64,000 nucleotides of DNA from an uncultured Planctomycetia bacterium (lineage in GTDB: Bacteria; Omnitrophota; Gorgyraeia; Tantalellales; Tantalellaceae): contig CAYSJU010000001.1 of the NCBI GenBank assembly GCA_964431495.1, forward strand, positions 31,574 through 95,573, read 5' to 3'. Under the pieces are notes generated by a model. The model was not told the DNA's origin, did no database searches, and saw only the letters and a list, made by a program, of their open reading frames with translations. The translations under genes and the position numbers were made by a program. Positions 1 through 12,000 of this stretch are shown here, one piece after another (within the stretch, counting starts at the first letter, position 1; the number at the start of each line of letters is the position of its first letter).

Positions 1-1
1 G

Positions 2-3000
2 ACCTTTGATGAAGCAAGCCTTCGCGCGGATATGATCCAGGAAGAGAACAAGGATGCGGATTTTGAAAGAGGCGGGGGGATAGTGACATTTGATGAAGAT
101 CACGTGCCGGCCGCGATCGCAGAAGAAGAAGGGCTGGCGCTGCCGTTGTCCGAAGACGCGGATCTGGCTCAGATCGAAAATGACCTGAAAAGAACGGCTT
201 TTCAGCTGCGCGCCGGCGAGATCGAATCCGATTCAGTGGAAGATATCTATGGGTGCTATACGGGCCGTAATGTGGAAGCCCCTCAAAAAAGCGGTATTGT
301 CAATAAACTGATAGAAAAGGCTCTCAGCCTGAGGACCCCCGGCGTGTATCTCATAAGGGCCCCTCCCAACCTTTTCTTCGCGGTCCGTGTTAACCGCCAC
401 GGGGAAGTGGACCTTTTTAAGATAGACACCCTTTTCAGCGGTTCCAATGACGAGATCCAGGGGAAGTTCGCGGGGATCATTGAAGAAGCGGGAAGAGAAG
501 CGGCTGCTGTCCGCAAAAGTGGTGAAAAGGTCGATGCAGGAAGACAGCAGTTCGGCTTCGAAGTCATAAACACTCTTTACGGGCATGACAATGCCGGTTC
601 AGTTATCGCTGTTATTTCCCACCATATCACTGATATCTTCAAAAAAGATCAGGACATATCGGGTAAAGAGCTGGTCCGGGAGCTGGCAGACAGGATGAAC
701 GGTGTTTTCGGGATCGAAAACGGTTTTCGCACCGTTGTCACTGCTTCGCATGTAAGAGAACAGGACGCGGAGTCAAGAGCCGAAACCACCGGCCGGGATT
801 TTGCGAGCACCATGCTGGAAAGGGCCAATGAACTTCTTGAAGCAAGGGACGTGGTACTGGAGGGATCCCGTATCGAGGGCAACCTCATTAAAGATGATAC
901 GGATTACAGCGCGCCTGAAGTAGAAAAGGCCATCCGGGAGAATATCAGCCTGGAAGAAACTTATCAGATGGAAAGAGGGGAAGAGGTCCTGGCGCGGGCC
1001 GATGCCCGGCTCATGAAAAAGGCGGAAGGGTTTCTGGCCGCGGTGGAAGAGAGGATTTCCGCGAAGGAACCGGTATGGGCATATGAGGAAAGAGGCGGCG
1101 GCATATCGGACCGGGGAGCCAGGTTTACGCATGAAGAGATAAACTCGGGTATCCGGGGGCTATTTGACAGATTTCGCAGAGTATTTGGCGTATTCGTTTT
1201 AGAGGACATGGGATTGGTCATAGGGAACGACAGGCTCGGAATGCCTGTTTACGACCTGGAGGGGTTGCGTGGATTGTTAGAGTCCAGGACTGAACAAAGG
1301 AAAGAGCTTTCCGATGTAGAGATCAGGCTGGTTAACGGCAGGTTAGTGGTAATAGCGGACAATATCTATACCCATTGCGGAAGGAGATCCGGGCAGGTGT
1401 GGATCGACAGGAAGGATCTAAAAGCCAAAAGAGTTGAACTCAAGAGCAAGCACGGTCTTGCGGACGGGGAAAGTGAAGGCATGGCTTTAGAAGCTCTTAT
1501 AAGACACGAACAAGGAGAACGCGATTCATTATTGGCACAGGCCCGTCAGCATTTTCTAAGAGAGACAGGAAGAGACACGGCTTCGGATAAAGAGATCGTT
1601 GAATGGATCGAAGATGAGGAAAACGTTTCTGACCAAAAATTCAATATTTGGCTTAAAACCGCGCATGAGGACGCTAAAAAAACCGAGAAAAGATATGTAA
1701 GGGTCCAGCTTGCCCGGGTCCCGGGTTATGACGAACTCAAAGAGATGCCCGTGGAAGTGATGGGGAGGATCATTGTCAGGCTTGAGAAAGCTGGAAATAT
1801 CGAAGGCGCTGGAAGTATTGTTGATACGTTGCTGGAATTACATGAGAGTGGTGAATTGCGGGGCGCGTGGACAGAAGCGGATATTTCCAGGTTCAACAGC
1901 GTGCAAAGAAGGCTTGCCTACCAGATAGAAGTCATGAGACAGCTGAAGGCGCTGCCTGATCTTGACAGACTTGAGGAGATGAGCATCAACGAATTTGGCG
2001 CTCTTATCGGCAGACTGGAAAGGCAAAGGGACTTTGAGGCAGCGGAAATGGTAGCGGGTGTATTGCTGGGACTTCATGACAGGGGTGAACTGAGAGGTGA
2101 ATGGGTTGAAGCGGATATCCGTTTGTATAGAAACAGGAAGAAGCGGTTTGGCTATAGGAATAAATTAGAACTCGCCAGGGCAGCTGTCGGCCGTGTAATT
2201 ACCCGGGCCAGACACGAAGAGTTCCACGAAAAACAGGGATACCGGGAAATATTGCTGGAAATCGGGAAAGAGATAGGAGCTCCTTTCGATGGCGAGAGGT
2301 ATGATTTCAGGACCGCTTTAAGAGAGGCAGAGGACGGCCGTATAAGGATAGAAAGAGCGGACGGGACAATAACGGAGATATACGAAACAGAAGACGGGAT
2401 CCTCGTGATTATGGATACCAGGATAGACGTGGGACATGCTGGAAGAACGCAGCTCGCTGTTTACGCGAATCATACTGGAAACCAGGCCCAGGCAGCCCAT
2501 GAATTAGCCGAATTGAGGGGTTGGATAGATTTTGCCGTGGTTCAGGGCCTTGCTGCAAAGGACGACATATTGACCAGGAGGGTGGATCTCGGCGGGCTTC
2601 TCATGGGTTATATGAGAGACGAGGCCAATTTTTACCGGGCAATGGATCAGGTAGAGCGTTTGCACCAGGAGGGGCTCAGGGCCGAAGCCGAGGCGCAGGG
2701 CTTGAGATACATGGCTCCGGCGGAAATAACCGGGGCCCTGGTAACATTCGAGTCCGGTGTGGATTATGATTTCATCATAGCAAGTACTCTGGGGGATGAG
2801 GCTGAACTGGAGGGCATGGGCCTGAGAGTCCAGGAATCCAGCGATGAATTGAGAGGGGCTCTCACCAGGGCGCGCGGATTGCTCAGAGCCGTCAACGAAT
2901 TGACCGAAGAGACGGATAAGCTGGCCAAAGCAGATGAATTAGTTGAAGTAGCCAGATTAGTCAGAGACAGGGCTGCCCGGGCTCTGGAAAATGTCTCTGA

Positions 3001-6000
3001 ATATGCTGCTTTTGCCGCGAGGATCGCTGAAGCCACTGCCGGAGACAGGGTCAGTGCCATTGCCAGAGTTGCTGATGAATTGGCCAGGAACGCCCAGAGT
3101 TATATTGCTTTTGACCATGAGTATGTTCAGGAAGCAGAAGAATCTGCCAGGGCTGGTAATATTGATTCACTTGTCAGAGCGGTCAGCAATCTTATTAGCG
3201 GGGTCACATTTTCCAGTGGAGCGATCAGGGTGGCATTAGCCGTTACCGAAGCTGAGTCTGCAGGAGAAGTCGCTGCCATAGTGCTTAGAGCCGCTGCGAA
3301 TAAAGCGGTGGACCACGATTTCACGGAAGCCGGAAGGTATGCCCGGGCAGCTGCTGAGATCGCTGGCGAAGGATATATTGCTGAAAAGGCTGATGAGTTA
3401 GCCACTGTCGCTGCCGAGGCCCAGAGCGAACTGGTCGATGAACTTGCCGGAAAGGCTGTAGGGGCGGGCAATATAGAAAAGGCCGCACAGATGGGGAATA
3501 TTATTCGATTTGATCCTGCCATTATCGGTAAGATGAGAGTAGCCAGGGCAATTAAAGAAGAAGTTGAGGAGGAGGCTCCGCCTAAGGCCGAGGAGGAAGT
3601 CCCTGTTGAGGAGGAAGTCGAGGAAGAAGTTCCTGCCGAGGAGGAAGTCGCCCCGGAAGAAGAAGGGAAATCCCAGCTGGAGTCCGCTGACAGGGATATA
3701 AGGATCGCTGTTGAACAGGCGAAAGACGGGGATGCAGTTGCGGCCGAAAAAAGTGTAAAAGACGCGTTTGAAGCATGGTCTTCTGCCGCTGAAAATTTTC
3801 TGAAAGCTGCTACGGCTGCCAAAGAAAGGAATAACGCAAATGCAGCCAGGGCATACACCGTGAGAGCCGCAGAGGTTTGGGCTGTAGCTGCTGAAAAACT
3901 GAAGGAGGCTTCCTCAGAGACCTGGGATGTTTTTCATGAGCGGTTTTCCGGAGCAACCCCGGTGACCCGTTCGGTTATTGATAGGATCGGCAGATTTGCA
4001 TATAACGCATCTGATTACCAGGCCCGGGCGTTGGGTAAAGCGCTCGGCTTTTTTGAACAAATTGCCGCAGAGAGAGCTGAGACAAAAGATGCAGTTTCAG
4101 CTGTAAAATTTGCAAGAAGAGCAACGGATATCTGTGTTTCTTTAGCGACTCAAGAGAAATTTGCTGTTGAATTCATCGCTTTTCTCGTCAAGGACATAGA
4201 TATAAGCGCGGAAATGGCCGCTACTATTAATGAACAGGCTCAAAGCGTCAAAGCAGCCGCCGCTAAGGCGGCTGAGGATGCTGCAAAGTACTGGGAAGAT
4301 ATTGACAACGCGGCAGAGAAGATATTCTTCAGGAGAGATGCTATGGAGGCCAGGGCCGCTGCAGAAAAGACCGATGCCCTTGTCCGGAAAGTCGCGGATT
4401 TTGCTGAAAAAACTGTCGCAGCAAAGGACCGTAAAGCAAAAGAAGAGGAGAGAGACAGAACCCGGATAGCTGTTGCCAGGGAGAAAGCTGACAAGGCACT
4501 TGGGGAGATAGAGGGATTGATCGCTGAAGCGCAGGCAAAGGCTGATGAAGCCGCGATAAAGGCTGCGGCAAAGATAGGTGCTCCGGAGGAAGCGGTCGCT
4601 GATGCCACTGCAGGAGTGTATAGCGAAGGTATTGCTCAAGTCAATACATTTAAGTTTCTTATCAAAGGCTCAGCAGAAATCGCTGCCAAAGCTGCAACAG
4701 TTAAGGAGGCCGAGGATGCGGCAAAGGCTGCTGCTAAGTCTGTAGAACTCGCTGTTAAATTCAACAATGTAGCTGAGTCTGTTGACGATGCCAAAACCCT
4801 CTTTGAAAAAGTCGTTGCTCTGGCCCAGGCTGCTGCTGATTTTGTCAAGATTGCCGAACTTCCCATGGTAACCGTATGCGCTGAGCTGGCCGCGGAGTTT
4901 GCTCAAGCGACTGGTGTAAGTGTCGACGGCAGTGAAAATCATGTTAGCGGTGTTGGAGACCTCCTTAATAACATTGCCATGTATGCCAGGCAAGGTGATG
5001 CCGAAAAAGCTGAAAGGAATGCCGTAGCAGCTGTTAGAAGATTAAGAAAGGCTGCCGCGGGAAAGGAAGCCGAAAGAGCCAGGGAAAAGGCGCCACCCGT
5101 GGAGGGGGTCGGAGCTGAAAAAGCCCGCGAGGAAGCCGCTAGAAAGGAAGCCGAGGCTGAAGCGGCCCGTGCAAAAGCCGAGAAAGCCACAGAGGAGATA
5201 GAAAAGGCATGGGAGGAAGCCGACTGGAAGCAGGCTGAAGCAGAAGCCGCCTGGATGAAAGCCGAAGCTGAAACACTACGTGAAGAAGCATTTCGCAAGG
5301 GAGAAGAGGCAGAACCAGCCCGTGCGGAAGCAGACCGTAAAGGAACAGAAGCAGAAGCGGCCGGGGAAGAAGCGGATCGCAAGGAAGAAGAAGCCAGGAA
5401 GGCCCGGGAAGAAGCCTCCAGGAAAGAGGCAGAATCAGAAGCCCTTGAAGAAATAACCCGGATATTTATCGATAAGACCCTGAACAGAGCGAACAGGATA
5501 AGCGAACTTTCAGAGATAGCGACCAGGAGTGAAAAAGTCCTGCTGAGAAGGTATGCGAGAAGAGCGCTTGGCAGGATCCTGGACAGAAAATATACCGATA
5601 TAGATTTTGTTTTAGAGATAGAACCGGGAACAATACTGTCCGTGTATAACGGTATAAACAGGGAAAGCAGAGAACCAGGGGCTGTAGAGGATATACGGAT
5701 ACTTGACGCCATTATGGAATCCTGTTTTCTTGAAGACAGGGATTCTGATCTTTTTATTAACGCCCTTGATATAACAGAAAGAAATATTGAAACAGTATGT
5801 GATATCTTAAGTGACGATATCACATACCTGAAAACCGAGATCCAGACGTTGGGAAGAGCGCCTGTCATAGATTTGGAAGCCCAGACCGAGGCTGTGAATG
5901 ATCTGAGAAAGCAGATCGCCGCTAAAAAGGCTGTCCTGGACAGTATGGTCAAAAGACAGTTCCAGCTCAGGGAGTATAGGGATCTAAGGGAGGAAGATAG

Positions 6001-9000
6001 ATTCAGGGATTTTCTACAAAGCCTGGATATGGAAGCCCTTTCAGCCGAGGGGATAACGGACAAAGCTCAGTTCATTGATTATTTGAGAGTAAAGGCATTG
6101 GAGCAGGGATATACCCAAAATGAGATAACATCATTGCTGGAAAATCATGCAATTATGGGCAGTGAAAATCTTGTAGAATTCATAGCCACCCTCGGGAACC
6201 TTGCGGAAGAAAACAGCGCCATTCAGTACTTTATCCTGGCACTCAGTGCTTCGGGAGAAAACTACTTAAAAGACCTGGGTATAGGAAATAAAGCCGATCT
6301 TATCACGTATTTACAAGAGAAAGCAATGGAGAGAGGTGATTCTGGAACGGACATCACAACACTTATGGAAAGTTATATAGAATCAGGAAGTGAAAGTCTG
6401 GAAGAACTTCTTAGTATGCTTAATGCATTCCCCGGAGCCAGGGATACATACGTGCTCAGGGGGGTACAAACGCTTATTGAAGGAAGATTAAGTGACATTA
6501 TCTCTCTTGAAACGCAAAACCTGGAGAGCCTGAATACCCGCTGTATAGATCTCAGAAATTCCATTCCATGGGGTGAAGTCCCGTTCGCTCCCGGCCAGGA
6601 TACTATGGAATTCGAATGGGAGGGGAGTAAGGTCCTTGTCACTCGCAAACAGGTCGACGAATACCGTGAAAGGATAAAGAGTTCGGGCGCTAAAACCGTT
6701 GAAAGGCAGGTAACACAGTTAGAAGTAGCTGTAGCCACAATATCAAGCAGGGCCAGGAATATTTTGCGCAGGACCGGTAATGCTACGTTCAGAAGGAGGA
6801 TTGTAAATAAAGCAGAGGGATCCGTCAAAGAGGTGCTGAAGGAATGGCATAAATATCTGGAAGGAAAGATCAGTGAAAGGGACCTGGATATACTGGAAAG
6901 GGCCATGGATAAGTTCAAGCTGGTAGATGCGGATAGGACCATAAGCATGTTTACTCAGGCAACCAATTCCCTGCTCGCTGATGTCAATACAATAAGCCGT
7001 GCTGAAGGCATTTCAGAGTTTACAAGCTGGCTTCTTTTCAAGATGAACGAAATACTTGATCCGGCTTCAGAGTCAGGGGTTGTCAAGGAGATATCCGATG
7101 TTGAGAAAGGCGCGGTAAGAAAAACCGTGCAGGACCGGTTCAACGAACTTGTTGAAGAGCTTCTCGGGGCGGAGGTGGATCCTTCTATCATAGGAAGGAT
7201 CAGGGAAAACACGGATGAAATAAAGGACGAAATAGATGGGGACAACAGGATAGGAAGGCTTACGGTTCTTACGAAGGAGATGACGGATACCATCAAATCC
7301 ATAGCTTATGGAAAGCAAGGCATGGAACTTATGGAAGCTGTTCTAAGGTCCAAGATCGGAGACAATGTCACAAAGGAGAACATCGGCCGGGTAATGACCG
7401 CTCTCGGGATAACCGGAAAAGAACTGGAGATGTGCCAGGTACACATACTGGAGAAGGAGAAGATCGAAGACAGATTCGAAAGATTTGCCGAGTTCATATT
7501 ACAGTTAATGTTCACGGGTGCTGTCAGCGCGGACAGGTTAAGAGAGGTTTTCGGCCAGGAGGCTGCTGATGGAGTAATAAAGGAGGCCTCTAAAGGCATA
7601 ATGCTCGGTGAAAGGTTAAGAGAGAAAGTAAAAGAACTTGAGGGGAGGCTGCAGAAGAATTTTCAGGACAAGAATACGCGGATGGAGTTCGCTGCCGCGT
7701 ATCAACTGGGCGCTATTCTTACATTTGGCAACGCGCCTTTTGTTGAACAGATAATAACCGGGCTTGACATGGCAGACGACTTTTTCGTGGACATGGCTAC
7801 CGGCGCTGGTAAAACCCTTGCGTACCCCCTCGCAAACATGTTGGGAAGGTGCCGTGGCCTAAAAAATATCCATTTTGTCACTCATGACTATTATACGGAA
7901 AGGGATTACAGGGAGACGCATTTTCTTTACCAGGTCATGGGATACAATGTTTCTTATCAGAGAGGCGATCAAAGGGACCTGGGAGAAGCCGCGAAAAGGC
8001 TTGAAGATAATGATGTAGTGATAATGTCGTACGGAACGTGCAGCTTTACCTGTCTTGACGGGGTCAGGGACAGGACCCGTCCCGAAAGCGCGAAATGGTT
8101 CGACCTTTTAGCAAAGACCCGGCTCACGTTTGATGAATGTGATGTCGCGCCACGGCTCGCTGATTTCATCATGGCCGCGGCCCAGAACAAGCTGACCGTA
8201 AGAGAGTTCATGAGATATCACGTCCTGATGGAGACTTCAAAACGGCTTTACGACGAAGGCGGTATAAAGGAGATATATTCCCTTCTTGAAGATAATATCA
8301 CAAGAGTGAAACAGGGAGAAACGGACGAGACCGAACAGCTTGAGAAACTTGGCTCAATGCTTGGGATCGAAAAGGAAGATGTTGAGTTTGACAGCGCAGG
8401 CGATCTTGTGATCAAGTCCGTCACTGATGGGAAAGAATACACCCTGCCTGCCGTAAGAAGGAAAGCAGAGCTTATTGATGTCAATGGGACAAAATTCGGG
8501 GTCAAATATTCGGATAGGGACGGTTTTGTGATAAGCAGGATGGAATGGGTCGGTCATGCAGACCTGAGCGAAGGCGAAATAAAGAAAAGAATAGAAGATG
8601 CCGGAAAAAAAGGGAGAAGATTGAGCAGACGCCAGGCCATTGAAGAGCTGAGTAAGGAGGCAACAGAAAGGAGCGGGGTGAAGATAGACCTTACTTCCAG
8701 AACAGCTAACGCCGGAGAAGAGACCAGAAGCAGGGTAGAGGGGATCATGAAAGAGATGAGCTTTTCTCTCAGTGAAATGTTCCCCGAACTTGCGGAGAAA
8801 ACTCCTACCTGGGATGAATTTCTGGATACCGTAAAAGCAATGTATGTTGACGATGAAGGTGTTGATTACATATTAAAGTACCGGCCCAAACTCGGGGCGC
8901 AGCCTATAAAGGTTTTGGAAGAAGAAGGAGTATTAAAAATGACCCAGGAGGATAAGATTATCAAAGAACCCGAATTTAAGGTGGAAGTCCAGCATAACGG

Positions 9001-12000
9001 TTCATATAAGGTCGTTTATAAAGGTATATTCATTGCTCTTTTGAACGATGAATTTTTTAAAGGCAAGGGTGACGATGAGATGGTCCTTGCCATGGGGGAT
9101 AAGAGGTACGCGGTGGCGAAGGGTGACACCGGAGGATATGTTTTCACGGAATCCGGCATGGAAGTAGTGCTTTTGGACAGGGAGACCGGTCGTGAACAGG
9201 GCGGTCAGAGAAAGGACAGGTTCCATACCCTGTACGAGCTGAAACACCAGAAAAGGCCGGGGGACAGGCCTGAAGCGAGGGGTGATAATAAGAGTACCGA
9301 GTATCTGTCTTTCACGGATGTAGCAAGGTTCGCCCATTCCTACGGCGGAGCCTCAGGCTCTGTTTCCACTGCGGCTGATGTTATGCTCAAGATATTCGAG
9401 AAAGCCAAAGGAGTTAAAAAGCTCACCCCGCAGTTCGCGAAAAAGGGCGCTGAAAAGATGCCCGTGTTTGTAACAAGCAATAAGGCGCAGTGGAAGGTGA
9501 CCCTTAACAGGCTGAAAGAGATCTATACCGCGTCTCCGGGGGCCAGTGTGATCGTGTATTTTGACGATATCAAACAAGCGCGCGAATTCGAGGAAGAACT
9601 TGGAAAGATGATAAAAGAGACAGGGCTCGAAAAGGACGCTGGAGGAGAGATAAAGGTCAATGTGTTCGGGGAAGAAGGAATCAAGGAAGTCGAGCTTGTA
9701 GAGAAAGCGGGTAAGCCAAATACCATAACACTGGCTGATTCAAAACTGGGACGCGCGACAAATGTGGAACTTTCCGAGAAAGTCGGTTTTGTGGTAAGGA
9801 ACAGCGCGGAGGCATTAGAAGAATTTCTGACAGGCAAGAAACGCGGGGAAACAGGGCGGGATACACTCACAATAGAAGAAAAAGGTGAAATCAGTAATAC
9901 CGTGGCCCGTTTAGTAGAGCTTCTGGCGGGTATGGAATACATTGAGGAAGAAGACAGATGGGATGAAGGACTCTTTTTTAAGACCGATGTGGCTGAAAGA
10001 GCGAAAAAAAGGGAGGAAATAGAGAACTTTTTAAGGGATCTTGGAGCCGGGCCGGGTAGCATGGTCTGGCAGACCATCAAGCACAAGTATTTTGACGGGC
10101 TGTTCCTGGTGGACCTTTCACCGGACGGCAGTCTCCAGGGAATGGTGCAGAAGTTCGGAAGGAACAGGAGGCAGGGGGATATCGGGTTTGTGGATTCTTT
10201 TTATTCTCTCCAGGAAGGATCAAAGTTTTTCAGGCTGGTGGAAGAGGCGTATAATCCTTCGCATAATCTCCACCGGACCGAAAGGGAAAGAAAGGAAGGC
10301 CTGGTAAAATTCAATGAATTCCTTGACAGGAAAAATCGCATCGGTGAACTTGAGGAACATGTTTTTGATGAAAACGGTCATTATCTCGAAGGAATTGACG
10401 AAGGGATCTTCATGGAATGGTGCGAACTTCAGCAGTATTTCATGGCGTTTATGAGAGACGTGAGGGTCGAGCACCAGAAACGCGCGGATGAGCAAAGGGT
10501 CAGAAAGAACGAGAGCGACAAGAAGACCCAAAAGTATCTTGATCTGGTGAGGGACCTTCCGGTTGATATATATGAGAAGATGGACAAAAATCCTGAGGAG
10601 GCCAGGCGGATCGTAGAGGACAGGCTGACAGCCATACAGGACGAGCATTTTACCCTCGATAAGGTAGATGATGACGGCTGGCTTGACCTTGAAGAGTTCC
10701 TGGGTGTGGTGGAAGAGCATTTTCATATAAACCTTGAGGACAAAGCCAGGTTCTCCCAGGCAAGATTGAAGGAAAGGAATGTGAAAGAACTTTTATTCTT
10801 GAGAGAGCAGTTCAGGAGAGCGCTTATGGATGTTATCCTTTCCGTAGGCAGTGTAACAGGCCGGGCCGGAGAGCCTGTTGCGCTTAACACGGGAAACATA
10901 TTCTATACTTTTATGCTGGATCCGACTACCGGGGATCTGGAGGTCAACAGCGTGCAGCAGCTTTTACCGGACGGGAACCGCCAGGAAATACTTGAAAAGA
11001 GGGACGACGGCACTATCAAGATAGGGGAGGCGGTCTTTACATCGGGGTTTATGGAAGACGGGAGCTTCGCGCTTTTTGATATAAGTGGAAGACCGGTTAA
11101 CAGATTTTTTATAGAACCTTACGTAGACAGGACCGGCGCTGAAGCGGGTTTTAGAATAACCCAGGCGGGCGCTTTTGTCTCTGCTATCAAAGCTCTGTAT
11201 GTAGAGGGGTTGGACAGATTGAAGATGAAGTTGATAAGGGAAGCACGCTATAAGGGAGGGGAGGTAACGGAGACGGATATTTCAGAGACCGGACTTGCCG
11301 CGGCTGCCATAGAAGTGTCAAGGGAGAGATATATTGATAAGCGTGATAAGACAGCGGAATATGATTCACCGGAAGCTCAGCCGATAATAAGAGATGCCAC
11401 GGAAACAATACACGGCAGTCTGGACAAGCTCGGTAAAAGACTGGCTGAGCAGGATAAGGCAGTGGATGAACTGGCAGTGGAAAATCTTGAAAAAGAGAAA
11501 CAGTGGGACTCTATCAAGCTTGCTCGTTCCGTAAGACGTTCCACAAGAAAAGCGGATGAAGAAGTGGCATCCCGGGTAAGGGACGCAGGCGTTATCACTG
11601 TCCAGGAAGAGGCACAGGAAGCCCGGCTGGATGAAACAGCGGCGATCACAGCGCAAAGCATTTATTCTGTTTCAAGAACGAATGAACTGGTTGCGGCTCT
11701 TGAAGGTATCACAGGAGTTGAAATAAGAGAGGGTGAAGTCAAAAGGCGGGATGAACGGGACAGGAAAGATATGCAGATGGAATATACCCGGGAACAAGAG
11801 GAAAGAATTGAAGCAGCGCTGGAATACCAGGAAAGAATAAGCAGTCAGCACAGGCAGAAACTGGAAAGAGGAGAAGGAAGTGTTATAGGGGACAGGGTCT
11901 TTGTAACCGTGGATAAACCAGAGGGACAAACCATCAGTGATGCGGAAGTGGAACAGTGTTTTTCTGTTGGCGCAGCTCCTTCAGGGGCTGGTGGTGCCGA

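Noticed and set aside
3127-6063. Long antisense ORFs inside the giant gene (for example 3127-3858, 243 aa, and 4939-6063, 374 aa, both - strand)
   Set aside because: Their translations are Ser/Ala/Leu-rich low complexity, the mirror image of the Glu/Ala/Lys-rich sense strand. They have no start context and no motifs. They are a by-product of purine-rich coding sequence.
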